Positions 48,573 to 59,095 of a DNA stretch of 64,000 nucleotides are shown here, piece by piece. Source of the stretch: Candidatus Terraquivivens yellowstonensis (GTDB taxonomy: Archaea > Thermoproteota > Nitrososphaeria_A > Caldarchaeales > Wolframiiraptoraceae); the NCBI GenBank assembly GCA_023539445.1, contig JAKCEW010000001.1:75484-139483 (forward strand), read 5' to 3'. Within the stretch, counting starts at the first letter, position 1; each line of letters starts with the position of its first letter. Both the position numbers and the translations under genes were made by a program. The notes beneath the pieces are model-generated. The model had not been told where the DNA came from, searched no databases, and worked only from the letters and a program-made list of their open reading frames with translations.

Positions 48573-49469
48573 TTACAATTTCAATCCTAAGAACCTTGCC
48601 GCGTTTTTCCATAATATCCCTTCAATTTCTTCGTAGGTTAGCGTTGGCCATCCAGCTCTCTCTGCGATTTGGTTTACTTTGCTTTTGATGAGCTCTACTA
48701 AGTTCTTCCGAGGACCGAACAGTGGATAATCGCTACCGAACATCAACTTATGCATAACGCCGTATTCCTTCGCCTTAACGAGGTTCCATGTAAGGATCGT
48801 TGGTCTAACTACAGCACTCACATCCATGTACATGTTCGGTGACTTTCGCACTAACAACAGCGCCTCCTCTGTCCACGGGAATGCCATATGCGATATGCAT
48901 ATTTTTAATTTTGGAAAATCCATCACAACATCTTCCAAATACATAGGGTGGCCGTATTTCATACGCGCCGCAGTACTCCCGACCGCTGCTGAATGGAACA
49001 TTACAGGAACGTTCAGCTCCAAGGCTTTCTCATAAAAAGGATATGCCCTTCTGTCGTTGGGGAAGAAAAAGTTGTAGACTGGTAAAAATTTCAGGCCCCT
49101 AAACCCGTATTCGGTAACGGCTTTTTCAAAGTCTAAGATGCCCTTGGCATTAAATTCGTTCCTACTATCCACGGGTTGGACACAAGAAAAACCTATGAAC
49201 CTATCTGGATTGTTTTTAATAAAATTGTAAACATATTCGTCGGGCACAAAGGTTGATGTTGAATAGTGAACGAATCCCATGACCACTGATATCTTAACAC
49301 CCGCCTCATCCATATCTCTCAAAATTTTTTCTTTGTCAAGAGGGAATTGTTGTAAAACCGACTTCAGGGGGTCGCCTACAAGGTGTGCATAGGAATCAAA
49401 CCATTCTTGAGTCCACTGCCTAGGATATTCGCCTACATGAGAATGTACATCTATTATCATGAATTTCAC
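48573..49469 (-). CDS. Amidohydrolase-2 family metal-dependent hydrolase (TIM barrel)
   Basis: IIDVHSHVG N-terminal metal-binding motif; 298 aa. Confidence 0.7.
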   Translation of the reverse strand: MKFMIIDVHSHVGEYPRQWTQEWFDSYAHLVGDPLKSVLQQFPLDKEKILRDMDEAGVKISVVMGFVHYSTSTFVPDEYVYNFIKNNPDRFIGFSCVQPVDSRNEFNAKGILDFEKAVTEYGFRGLKFLPVYNFFFPNDRRAYPFYEKALELNVPVMFHSAAVGSTAARMKYGHPMYLEDVVMDFPKLKICISHMAFPWTEEALLLVRKSPNMYMDVSAVVRPTILTWNLVKAKEYGVMHKLMFGSDYPLFGPRKNLVELIKSKVNQIAERAGWPTLTYEEIEGILWKNAARFLGLKL

Positions 49470-49642
49470 GCGAATGTCTAGATAATGTAGTAAATTTTAA
49501 GTTTTAAAGCACCTTGAAGTTTGCAAAGTGGATGAGAATGAAATATGGCAAACCTCTCCAAATATGAAATCGGGGGCTCCTTAAATCGGTAAAAAATTCT
49601 AAGATAAGAACCTCCCAAGGGATAAAAACCAGAGCTAGCTCC

Positions 49643-49918
49643 TCATTTCTTGAATATTTTTAATTCAAGAACAATTATCCCGATTATGAGTATTGTCTGC
49701 CATATCGCGATATCTATGAGCAGCATTGTTGGTTCGACCATCCAGCGGTCCGATGGGCCTGTAAACGTTATCAGCGTATGAGTTGCCCACTTAACTGGGA
49801 AGCCATAATCCACGTGCACAAAATCAGGCCAATCATACTTTATACCCCATCCCGCTCCCATAATTGTCAAAATTGAACAAACAATCACCCAGGCCGATCT
49901 TATAAACAAACCCTTCAT
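49643..49918 (-). CDS. Small hypothetical membrane protein
   Basis: 91 aa with two hydrophobic segments and no family assignment. Confidence 0.3.
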   Translation of the reverse strand: MKGLFIRSAWVIVCSILTIMGAGWGIKYDWPDFVHVDYGFPVKWATHTLITFTGPSDRWMVEPTMLLIDIAIWQTILIIGIIVLELKIFKK

Positions 49919-50128
49919 ACGATAACAAAGAAGACGCTATTTTATTAACACTTAGCATTCCGGTTTGCTCTACAGGTTAAGACATCCGTTAGCATAAAAT
50001 ACTGACCTTTCTATCAGGTTTAGATTCTGAGTGGAAGGTTGTATTCTAGGAAACTCAAATATTGCTCTATCATACTTATGAACGACCTAGAAGTATTTCT
50101 TAAGGTGTTCTGGATTGTGCGCTTGGGA

Positions 50129-50207
50129 GGGCCCGTCGCCTAGCAAGGATAGGGCGCTGGCCTCCGGAGCCAGTATTGCCTGGGTTCGAGTCCCAGCGGG
50201 CCCGCCA
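50129..50207 (+). tRNA. tRNA-Arg (anticodon CCG), CCA encoded
   Basis: Manual cloverleaf: acceptor GGGCCCG/CGGGCCC, anticodon stem CTGGC/GCCAG with loop CTCCGGA, T-arm CTGGG-TTCGAGT-CCCAG. The variable loop appears to be 6 nt, which is unusual. Confidence 0.8.
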
Positions 50208-50256
50208 ACTTTGGTTGTGCTGAAGGTTGACGATTTACGGGGTACTCTAAATGCGC

Positions 50257-51660
50257 TTAAGGCGATGGTTGCAAGGAGAATACGCGAGTTCTTAGGTATT
50301 TTGTCACAGCTTTAATTGTGCGCTTTATGATGTAAAACTGTTTTTGCCTGAACAATCTCCAAAGCATTTTAGGCCTCACGTAGAAGGTTAGATAGGCCTT
50401 CTCAAGTAGGGATTTTAGCTGCGTTGGGGTTATATTCTTCAATTTCATTACAGGCTCTATGGCAGTGAATTTAGACCAGTCCCTCGTCAGCAGCATGTTG
50501 TTCTGTTTTGCATATTCATAAAGTGGCGTTCCTGGATATGGTGTTAAAATCGAGAATTGTGCATAATCTAAGTCAAGTTTTTTTGCTAAAGTTATCGTCT
50601 GTTCAGCTGTTTCAATGGTTTCTTCAGGAAAGCCTAAGATGAACGAACCTAAAACCTTGATACCTGCCTCTTTCAATATCCTAACAGCTTTCGCAATTTG
50701 GTTCATAGTTATTCTCTTGCCTGTTGCGTCCAGTATTTCTTGAGACGCAGACTCTATGCCCAAGTACACTACCCAACATCCGGCTCTTCTCATTTTCTCG
50801 GCCAGTTCCCTGTTAACGGAGTCAACCCTCGAGGAGGCGCCCCATGAAATATCGAGACGTTCCCTTAAAATTTCGTCACAAATTTCTTCAACCCTTCTTT
50901 CATTTAACGTGAAGGTATCATCCACAAACTCAATGTTTTTTACTCCGAATTTGTCGTGTATGAGCTTAATCTCCTCGACAACATTTCTGGGACTTCTGCC
51001 GCGCCAGTAACCTCCAAAAATGCGTGATGAAGCGCAAAAATAACATCTAAACGGACATCCCCTGCTACTGATTACTGACATGTATCTAACCCCTTGGAGT
51101 TCATACTTATCCATTGGTAGCATGTCGAAACTTGGGAAAGGAATTTTGTCCAGATCTTTGATAAGGGGTCTCGGCTTCGTGACAAATGTTTTCTCGTTTT
51201 TCCTAAAGGCTATGCCCTTCACATCCTCTAGCGGATCCCCACGGTCTATCACATTGATGAGTTCTCGGAAAGTTTCTTCACCTTCACCTAAAACAACAAT
51301 GTCGATGCTTTTACATTCCATGAGGACTTCATCTGGAAGAAAGGTTGCATGGGGGCCGCCCATAATAACAATGCAGTCTTCCCTCACACTTTTAGCGAGA
51401 TCAGCAACCTTGTAGGCCTCATAAATTGACGGTGTCACGGAAGTTATGCCAACGACGTCTGGATCAAAATTTTTCATTTCCCTTCTAACATCATCAAAAC
51501 TATAGTTAAGAACATTTGAGTCAATTATCTTAACCTCGTGTTCATCCCTAATCATAGAAGCCAAGTAAGCAAGCCCTAACGGTGGAGAGCTAACACCGAC
51601 AACATACTTGACGGCCGACATGTATGGTGGAGAGACGAGGCAGACCCTCAACGCAACCAC
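50257..51660 (-). CDS. B12-binding-domain radical SAM protein (class B radical SAM)
   Basis: N-terminal cobalamin-binding Rossmann region, then the radical SAM core CPFRCYFC. Confidence 0.8.
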   Translation of the reverse strand: MVALRVCLVSPPYMSAVKYVVGVSSPPLGLAYLASMIRDEHEVKIIDSNVLNYSFDDVRREMKNFDPDVVGITSVTPSIYEAYKVADLAKSVREDCIVIMGGPHATFLPDEVLMECKSIDIVVLGEGEETFRELINVIDRGDPLEDVKGIAFRKNEKTFVTKPRPLIKDLDKIPFPSFDMLPMDKYELQGVRYMSVISSRGCPFRCYFCASSRIFGGYWRGRSPRNVVEEIKLIHDKFGVKNIEFVDDTFTLNERRVEEICDEILRERLDISWGASSRVDSVNRELAEKMRRAGCWVVYLGIESASQEILDATGKRITMNQIAKAVRILKEAGIKVLGSFILGFPEETIETAEQTITLAKKLDLDYAQFSILTPYPGTPLYEYAKQNNMLLTRDWSKFTAIEPVMKLKNITPTQLKSLLEKAYLTFYVRPKMLWRLFRQKQFYIIKRTIKAVTKYLRTRVFSLQPSP

Positions 51661-52043
51661 CTATAGGGGCCTTCTAACAAACACTTGTTTTGAAGTTATC
51701 TGAGAAACTCCACTCTATTATCACATCGATTTTGGATACGCAAAAAGGCACCATTTTGAGCATTGAGAAGATCTTAAGCCACGCCGTCAGTGCTTTTGCA
51801 CACATCGCACCCATATTATGAAAATCCCATTTTTTATAAAATATAAACGTTAAAGTTTGTCAGGCATCAGTTACTTACTTGTAAAAGCACGATAGTTGCA
51901 ATTTACTTGACGTATATTCTGTCCGAAGACAACGACAACCCCCTTCTTCAACCATACCTTAAGCTCGTCTCAATCCTTTTATTGGTCATGTGTTATCAAT
52001 AATCTACCTACACAAATAAATCGGGTCTAGGGTGAGGGAATAA

Positions 52044-53339
52044 TTGCGCATAGCTATATTCGAAGATGAGGCGTATCGGAACTTCTTTCCCTTAACGTTA
52101 ACGAGGCCTGTATACGAGCTGATCGTCGGTACCTCAACTATTAGAGAAAAGATAATCAAGAACGTCGCAAGTTTAGGAGAAGTGATCTTTTTTTGCAGAA
52201 GCTATCTTTGTGACGTTCTGAAGGAGAGGTTACCGAGTAGTTATGTAAACGATTTCTCAACAACAGATGATGACGTCCTTTTAATTAATGGCTTGCTTGT
52301 AGCAAATGAGTTCTTGAATAATGTGCTACAAAAGCTTTCGAAAGTGGGCACGGTTGTCCTACAAAAAGGAAGGATTATAGCGGCACGTATTGGGCGTGAG
52401 TTTTTGGAACTTCCAGAAATCCAAACGGCAATGACCTCGGCCGAGAACGTGACGGAGACAATCTTGAAGGTTGCGACAGAAAAATTACATGCTGAGAAAT
52501 TACATTTGTTAGAATATCCATGGGAGCTGATAGAGCTTAACCCCAAATTAATCACAGCCGAGCTTAGGGGAATCAAAGATAAGGAATTGAGGGGCAGGAT
52601 AGAACCTTCTGTAACGGTATACGGAAGTGAGGAGAGCGTATTTATAGCTGAGAATGCTTTTCTTGAGGCCGGTACGGTTCTCGATACAAGGAATGGGCCC
52701 ATATACATTGGCGAGAACACATATGTGCAATCACCGACACGAATATCCGGTCCGGCCTACATAGGAAGGAACTGCATAATATATGGAGGACAAATCAGAG
52801 AGGGCTGTAGCATAGGTGATGTTTGCAGGATAGGCGGCGAGATCGAAGGATCGATCTTTCATGGATACTCTAACAAGAGGCATTATGGTTTCATCGGTCA
52901 TTCCTACATAGGTGAGTGGGTAAATCTTGGTGCCGGGACAACCAACTCAGACTTAAAGAACACCTATGGAACGATAAAAATGGACGTTGGGGGACGATTG
53001 CGCGATACTGGTAGCATGTTCGTTGGCATATTCGTTGGCGACCATGCAAAGGCAGCCATTGGTACGCATATATTCAGCGGGAAGAAGATAGGCGTCTCTA
53101 GCCACTTATATGGAATAGTGCCGGAGGACGTTCCGTCCTTCACGGCTTACGCGAGGATGCTGGGTGCCAAACTGACTGAAATCTACCTTGAATCAGCGAT
53201 AGAGACTGCCCGTAGGATGATGCGTCGCAGAAACGTCCAACTATCTAACGCATATGAAGATATGCTCAAGAGAGTTTTTGAGTTAACTGAGCAGGAACGG
53301 AGCAGGGCGAACGTCATAAAAGGTAAGTTTTCAATCTGA
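52044..53339 (+). CDS. GlmU-like left-handed beta-helix protein (putative sugar nucleotidyltransferase/acyltransferase family)
   Basis: N-terminal MRIAIFEDEAYRNFFPLTLTRPVYEL, then hexapeptide repeats (IGENTYV...IGRNCII...IGDVCRIGGE...). Confidence 0.55.
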   Translation: MRIAIFEDEAYRNFFPLTLTRPVYELIVGTSTIREKIIKNVASLGEVIFFCRSYLCDVLKERLPSSYVNDFSTTDDDVLLINGLLVANEFLNNVLQKLSKVGTVVLQKGRIIAARIGREFLELPEIQTAMTSAENVTETILKVATEKLHAEKLHLLEYPWELIELNPKLITAELRGIKDKELRGRIEPSVTVYGSEESVFIAENAFLEAGTVLDTRNGPIYIGENTYVQSPTRISGPAYIGRNCIIYGGQIREGCSIGDVCRIGGEIEGSIFHGYSNKRHYGFIGHSYIGEWVNLGAGTTNSDLKNTYGTIKMDVGGRLRDTGSMFVGIFVGDHAKAAIGTHIFSGKKIGVSSHLYGIVPEDVPSFTAYARMLGAKLTEIYLESAIETARRMMRRRNVQLSNAYEDMLKRVFELTEQERSRANVIKGKFSI

Positions 53340-53443
53340 TTGTGAAAAATATGCGGCCGGAATAATGAAAATGCATCCGACCGGTCTGGTAAAAGGAAAG
53401 AGGAATGGCTATATCCTAAAAGGCTAAGAATATTACGCACATC

Positions 53444-54511
53444 TTGATGAGCGAAACATCGTTGGCAGTGGTTGCTAAGAAGTACAAGGCTGAGATTGTT
53501 AGGCGTAGGCTTGCAACTCTTGGGATTCTAAGAACGTCCATGAAAGTATTTTCAGACGATGAATACGTTTACTTTCCGGTTGAGCGGCCACCAAATCCAG
53601 ACGAGTTGCCAGAGCTGATAACTGGTGATGCAAAAATTCAGGAAGCTACTTTCAACAAACTTGTACTCAAGCCAAAGACACTGAAGGAAGCCATGATGGG
53701 TACTTTGGACGAAGAACTCATAAAACTTGTTCCTAGATCCTTCGACATTATAGGCAATGTGGCGATCCTTGAACTGGATGAGAGGTTAAGACCTTTCGCT
53801 AAAGACATTGCCTCTGCGCTGAAACTCGTCCATAAGCATGTGGATACAGTACTCCTAAAGGCAGGCCCTTCGACTGGAGAGTACAGAACAAGACCATACA
53901 AGGTTATAGCTGGCTCCGGAAACACGCTGACGGAGCATATAGAGCACGGGTGTAGATACAGACTCGACGTAAGGGAGGTATTCTTCACACCGAGACTTTC
54001 TGGCGAAAGGTTGAGAGTTGCATCCCAGGTTAGACCTAATGAGTGCGTTGCAGATATGTTTGCCGGTGTCGGTCCCTTTTCTATAACGATTGCTAAAATG
54101 CAGCCCAGTTGCAAAGTTTATGCATTCGAGATAAACCCTGTGGCCTACAAATTCCTTGAAGAAAATATTAGGCTAAATAAGGTTGAGGATAGGGTTACGG
54201 CAATTTTCGGTGATGTTAGGCATAATTATGGGATTTTAGAAAAAAGGGCCGACAGGTTAATAATGAACCTTCCATTTTCCGCGGAGAAGTACCTTGACGT
54301 GGCTACAAAACTTGCTAAGCCGTCAGGTGCCATCATGCATTTTTATGGCGCTGCAGAAGATGAAAATGCAGTAGAGACAGTCAAGTTTAACGTCAGCTCA
54401 ATCATACGCTCGTTAGGTTTCGATGCCAAATTCCTCTGGGCTAAAGAATTGAAGGAAGTAGCTCCAAGGAAAGTCGTGGTTGCATTGGATATTGCTATAT
54501 CTATGCGCTAA
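53444..54511 (+). CDS. tRNA (guanine37-N1)-methyltransferase, Trm5/Taw2 (Met-10+) family
   Basis: Class I SAM MTase fold with DMFAGVGPFSI...AFEINP and NLP motifs. Confidence 0.75.
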   Translation: MMSETSLAVVAKKYKAEIVRRRLATLGILRTSMKVFSDDEYVYFPVERPPNPDELPELITGDAKIQEATFNKLVLKPKTLKEAMMGTLDEELIKLVPRSFDIIGNVAILELDERLRPFAKDIASALKLVHKHVDTVLLKAGPSTGEYRTRPYKVIAGSGNTLTEHIEHGCRYRLDVREVFFTPRLSGERLRVASQVRPNECVADMFAGVGPFSITIAKMQPSCKVYAFEINPVAYKFLEENIRLNKVEDRVTAIFGDVRHNYGILEKRADRLIMNLPFSAEKYLDVATKLAKPSGAIMHFYGAAEDENAVETVKFNVSSIIRSLGFDAKFLWAKELKEVAPRKVVVALDIAISMR

Positions 54512-54547
54512 AGCTATATTTATGGAAAAATCATAGATTACCCAGAT

Positions 54548-56602
54548 ATGGGTCTTGCGAAGCTGTCTAAGATCTCCATAATAGCGCCGAAGGCAGAGGT
54601 CGAAGACGTCATCAAAGAGCTTTTCAAATTTGGAGATTTCCATCCGGTAGAGCAGGAGCACGAATCCGTTGATAAAAATTTGGAGGAAATGTTGGACAGG
54701 GTCAAGAAGATTGGGTTGGCACTTGATACGATAGTCAATGATTTTGGAATAAAGTCGGAGATTGGTGTCATTGACTCAATAATAAAAGGGGTCAAGGTTG
54801 AGCGACATACAATCGAGGCCGAGGATGTGAAGGGACTCGTGGACGCGTTAGAGTCCGAAGCAGGACCAATTATATCGGAGCTTAAGGAACTCTCATCAAA
54901 AATCGATTCAATAACGAAAGAGATACAGAAGAATGAAACACTCCTTGCTGCCCTAAGACTCTTGAAAGACTTACGCATAGCACCATCGGCGCTTTCAACT
55001 TTAAGGAGAACTTATGCAGTCTTTGCCGTAGTGCCGACTAGGGATCTTCAAGAGATAAAGAGGAGCCTTCCAGAGGCCGCAATACTTCATGTAACCCTAA
55101 CCAAGGCGTTAAGTGCCGCTCTTTTTGTGGCATCCTCTGGGGATGCAGAAAGGGTCGAGAGGGTTCTTAAGGGATTCGGCGTAAAGCCATTCACCATACC
55201 AGAGTGGTTGCCCGGAACAATCCCTGAGGCATACGCAACCGTTGAATCTAAGTTGGTCGAACTCAACGCAGAACTATCCGATGTTAGACAAAAGTTGAAC
55301 TTGATATTAGAAAATTCAAAGGGAAAGATCCTGTCACTAAAGGAGGGTGCAAGCATTCTTAAAGAATCGTTAGAAAGGCTGAAGAGTACGGGTAGGCTGA
55401 AGAGGTTTGCTACGATAGAGGGCTATGTGCCCTATGATAAAAGCAGCGAGCTTGTTAAAATGTTTGGCGAAAAATATCCTGTTTACGTTTCAGAAGTGGA
55501 AACAACACATATGGTTGAACATGGTGCAGCTCGCACCGAAAACCCGCCTACGCTGCTCCGCAATAGAGGCATCGTAAAGGCCTTTGAGAACGTTACGAAC
55601 ATACAAGGGTTGCCCGCTCATGGCGAAATAGATCCAACACCCTTTGTCGCGCTTTTCTTCTCTATCTTCTACGGAATAATGTTCGCAGACTTCGGCCAAG
55701 GACTTGTACTCATGATTTTCGGGCTCTTCATGAGGATGAGAACTAAAGGTAGGCTAAGAGATTGGGGTACGCTTTTAGCCGTGCTTGGTTTGTCTTCCAG
55801 TATTGCAGGCTTTCTGCTAGGCGAGTGCTTCGGTTTCAAACTGTCCAACTGGGGCATAGCCTCACCAGAACTTGTGCACCTAGTGGAGGAGCATGCTGGC
55901 GTCAAGGAGCTTAATTTGGCAGCAGTCCAAAAACTTCTACAATTTACGATAATGCTTGGTGTCGTGCACTTGGCCCTCGGCTACTCCCTTAGCGCATATA
56001 AGCACATCAAGAACCGGGAATACTTGGAAGCTTTCACATCTAAAATTCCGACGATACTCATGTACATCTTCGGTGTGCTCTTCGCTCTTGCGTTCTTTGG
56101 CGCTGGGGGCATCTCGCAGATGTTAACATCCCAAAATCCAGCACCTTTCATAGGTCTTCCATCCTCACTAGTCGGGACGATTGGTATGGGGGGCGGTATC
56201 GCGTGCATTTTCATCTTAATCTTGGGAAGGCCTATCGCGAACATGTTAACCCGGAAGGGCGGTTTTGTGGGTGCTGCTGGTATGGGTCTGCTCGAGGTCT
56301 TAGAAAACATAATCCACTTCCTATCGAACACGATATCTTACGCTAGGCTTACGATATTGCTGCTCGTGCACATAGCTCTACTGATGCTCTTAAACAATGT
56401 TTGGTACGCGCTCGGTTTGTTGTCCTTACCAATACTCATAGTAGGAAACTTGGGCATAATGGCCCTAGAGGGTCTGATAGTCTTCATACAATCCCTAAGG
56501 CTCCACCTTTACGAGTTCTTCACGAAGTTCTTCGAAGGAAATGGCAAGCCCTTTAAAAGTCTAAGGCCTGAGACGACATACGTCAACATAAGGATAAAGT
56601 GA
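54548..56602 (+). CDS. atpI: A-type (A1AO) ATP synthase subunit I (a-subunit)
   Basis: 684 aa: an N-terminal soluble coiled-coil region and a C-terminal membrane domain with 7-8 TM helices including the conserved Arg. Confidence 0.85.
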   Translation: MGLAKLSKISIIAPKAEVEDVIKELFKFGDFHPVEQEHESVDKNLEEMLDRVKKIGLALDTIVNDFGIKSEIGVIDSIIKGVKVERHTIEAEDVKGLVDALESEAGPIISELKELSSKIDSITKEIQKNETLLAALRLLKDLRIAPSALSTLRRTYAVFAVVPTRDLQEIKRSLPEAAILHVTLTKALSAALFVASSGDAERVERVLKGFGVKPFTIPEWLPGTIPEAYATVESKLVELNAELSDVRQKLNLILENSKGKILSLKEGASILKESLERLKSTGRLKRFATIEGYVPYDKSSELVKMFGEKYPVYVSEVETTHMVEHGAARTENPPTLLRNRGIVKAFENVTNIQGLPAHGEIDPTPFVALFFSIFYGIMFADFGQGLVLMIFGLFMRMRTKGRLRDWGTLLAVLGLSSSIAGFLLGECFGFKLSNWGIASPELVHLVEEHAGVKELNLAAVQKLLQFTIMLGVVHLALGYSLSAYKHIKNREYLEAFTSKIPTILMYIFGVLFALAFFGAGGISQMLTSQNPAPFIGLPSSLVGTIGMGGGIACIFILILGRPIANMLTRKGGFVGAAGMGLLEVLENIIHFLSNTISYARLTILLLVHIALLMLLNNVWYALGLLSLPILIVGNLGIMALEGLIVFIQSLRLHLYEFFTKFFEGNGKPFKSLRPETTYVNIRIK

Positions 56603-56684
56603 ATCTAATGTTGAGCATGCCTTAACGGACCATTTTTGAGAAATAACATAAATGGCATCTTATGGCCTGAACTTGGAAGCGTCC

Positions 56685-57437
56685 TCATAAAAAGATCGTG
56701 TCAAGTATCATCATGGTGATGAAACCTATGAGAAAGCCGAACGTGGCCTCCAATTCATGACCTTGTCTGTGACTTTCTGGAATCACTTCACCGCTTACTA
56801 CGTAAACCATGGCGCCTGCTGCAAAAGCCAAAGCCAGCGGAAGTACCTGAACCATGAAGGTGACTGTTAGAACGCCCACGATACCTCCAATAGGCTCAGC
56901 TAGACCGCTAAGTAGTGCGTATAAAGATGCTTTCCCCCTCCTTAGACCAACGCTCATTAACGGAAAGGCTATCGCCATGCCCTCAGGTATGTTCTGCAGT
57001 GCTATAGCTATGGCTATCGTCATGGCCAGTGCTAGATCCCCCGAACCGAAACCAACACCGACCGCAAGACCCTCTGGAAAATTATGTATGGTTACTGCAA
57101 GCACCATGAGGCTTACCGTAGAAAGCTTACTCACTGGCCCTTCTGCACCCTTTATGATATGGGTGTGGGGTACGTGCTTATCTAAGATATAGACAAACGC
57201 ACTACCAAAAACAAAACCTATCACGGCAATTAATATGCCTCCTGCATCTATCGCGGGAACGAGTAAGCTGAAAACAGAAGCCGCTATCATAACACCGCCA
57301 GCGAAACCTAATGCGGAATCAGTTATCTTATGCGATATTGTTTTAAAGAATAAAACGGGTATGGCACCTATCCCAGTCGCTAAGCCAACGACGAGGCTTG
57401 CTAAAATTCCTAGCTGTATTAGCTCGATTTGCAACAT
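56685..57437 (-). CDS. ZIP-family zinc/metal transporter (ZupT-like)
   Basis: HNFPEGLAVGVG and IALQNIPEGMA ZIP signatures. Confidence 0.85.
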   Translation of the reverse strand: MLQIELIQLGILASLVVGLATGIGAIPVLFFKTISHKITDSALGFAGGVMIAASVFSLLVPAIDAGGILIAVIGFVFGSAFVYILDKHVPHTHIIKGAEGPVSKLSTVSLMVLAVTIHNFPEGLAVGVGFGSGDLALAMTIAIAIALQNIPEGMAIAFPLMSVGLRRGKASLYALLSGLAEPIGGIVGVLTVTFMVQVLPLALAFAAGAMVYVVSGEVIPESHRQGHELEATFGFLIGFITMMILDTIFL

Positions 57438-57468
57438 TATACATCAACCATTTGCATTTTATTACCCT

Positions 57469-59037
57469 CTAACCGAGGCTCCGTCGGAGCTTAGCGGCCG
57501 TAACCAGCGCTTGTTTTGCCTCGTCCATTTTACCCTCTGAGAATAAAATTATGAAATCGTTCGTGTAGTTCTCGTGCCTTTTTGCAACAGAGCTGCTTGG
57601 GCCTATCTTTAACCCCATAACCTCCTCTGCTACTTTAACGTCCTCAATCAGCAACGGAAGTGCAAACTTTTTGAACTCTTTATCAAAAGCCTCGCTCTCG
57701 CGAATGACCTCCAAATTTCTCCATGAGAAAAATTCTGCTGCAGCCCTCAAGTCTTCCTTTATGTTCCTATACGCATCCAAGAGCGCACATTGTTCCTCTT
57801 CTTTTAAAGTTCTAAAAACCCTTAAACCTATGAATTCAGGCGGCAGGCCCAAGGAGTAAAAGGAGGCCGTAAATGGTATAGCCCTTGGTAGAATTACGTC
57901 ACCTACCATCCTATTGTAGCCGAATAAGCCGATGTGCAACCTTCTGGCCCTCCTTGCTGGTACAAGCCTTGAGATATTTTCGATGACCTTCGCGGCATGT
58001 AGCAAAAACTCATAGTATGCATCTTTAAACTTAGATGCAATGGATAGGAGCATTTGCTCTATTTGCGAAAAATCTTCAGCCTCGCCTATTGGTAGGTTTC
58101 TGTTCAGATACTCTACAACAGCCTTCGAATCGCTTTCAGGGTAGTCGTACTTGAGTCCGCATTGTATCGTAATCGTGCTCACACCTTTATACTCTCTAAC
58201 AAAGTTTTCTAGATTACTCGGCGAGAGATGGCCCCTGAAGGGCAAACTACCAACGCCTATTATAGGATGTATATCCACACCTTCTTTTTTGATGAGTGCT
58301 CTGATTTTAGAGAGTGCGATTTTTACTAGAATTACCGCTGGCACGAGTCCATAATGGAGGGCGGGGTCAGACCTAGCGAGAAATACGCGCAGATATTTTG
58401 GGGAAGTTGCCTCCAAGAGTTTAAAAAGCAAGCTGTCCAAGCTTACCAAGCTCGACCATTCTTCGAACAAGGGTATCACGTTTATGGATTTTGGCTGAAT
58501 TTCTCCTACTAGTTCTAGCAGTGTAACGTCTGGAAAGTCGATCTTTACTTTTTCTATATTGACCACGGCCTCAGAATATGTCCTCAAAACCCTTACGACA
58601 TCCTTATGGCTACTGGTAAAAGGTAGTATAACCTCAAAGACAGGCGCGTATTCTCCGTTTCCGTAAAATTGTTTGGCCACGTCAAAATGTTTGGGTATTG
58701 CCTGAAGGGTTTCCAAGAATACTTTTTTCTCCACCTTTTCTAGCATCGGGTTTGGAACCCTGTACGTGAGGAATATGTCTCTACCGAGAATTTTCTCTTT
58801 AAAGAAGTCAGGATAGCTTGTCAAAAGTTTCCTGACGACATGCGGATCTATGTCTTTCCCCTCAGAATCCCACATAACCTCCTGACAACCTAGTTTGCTA
58901 TAGGCGTAGTACGCTTCGTAGACTTCCTTTTCACCTTCTATTACGTCTGAGTCGCACCAAGGAGGAATGGATGCGTTGTCGGGATGTTGTGTTGACATGG
59001 TTTTTGGTATTAACCTTTGCTCGCTCAAGCCGTCCAC
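57469..59037 (-). CDS. ppcA: Archaeal-type phosphoenolpyruvate carboxylase (PepcA)
   Basis: IPKTMSTQHPDN hallmark; about 520 aa, collinear with PepcA of Sulfolobus. Confidence 0.85.
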   Translation of the reverse strand: MDGLSEQRLIPKTMSTQHPDNASIPPWCDSDVIEGEKEVYEAYYAYSKLGCQEVMWDSEGKDIDPHVVRKLLTSYPDFFKEKILGRDIFLTYRVPNPMLEKVEKKVFLETLQAIPKHFDVAKQFYGNGEYAPVFEVILPFTSSHKDVVRVLRTYSEAVVNIEKVKIDFPDVTLLELVGEIQPKSINVIPLFEEWSSLVSLDSLLFKLLEATSPKYLRVFLARSDPALHYGLVPAVILVKIALSKIRALIKKEGVDIHPIIGVGSLPFRGHLSPSNLENFVREYKGVSTITIQCGLKYDYPESDSKAVVEYLNRNLPIGEAEDFSQIEQMLLSIASKFKDAYYEFLLHAAKVIENISRLVPARRARRLHIGLFGYNRMVGDVILPRAIPFTASFYSLGLPPEFIGLRVFRTLKEEEQCALLDAYRNIKEDLRAAAEFFSWRNLEVIRESEAFDKEFKKFALPLLIEDVKVAEEVMGLKIGPSSSVAKRHENYTNDFIILFSEGKMDEAKQALVTAAKLRRSLG

Positions 59038-59095
59038 CTCTCTATATTACGTCCCCTTTTTAACATTACTTTACTCGAGTTTAAGAAAGAATTGT

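Noticed and set aside
50115-50315. A 66-aa ORF on the plus strand
   Set aside because: It overlaps the tRNA-Arg gene and the 3' end of the radical-SAM gene on the opposite strand, so it is a spurious ORF.
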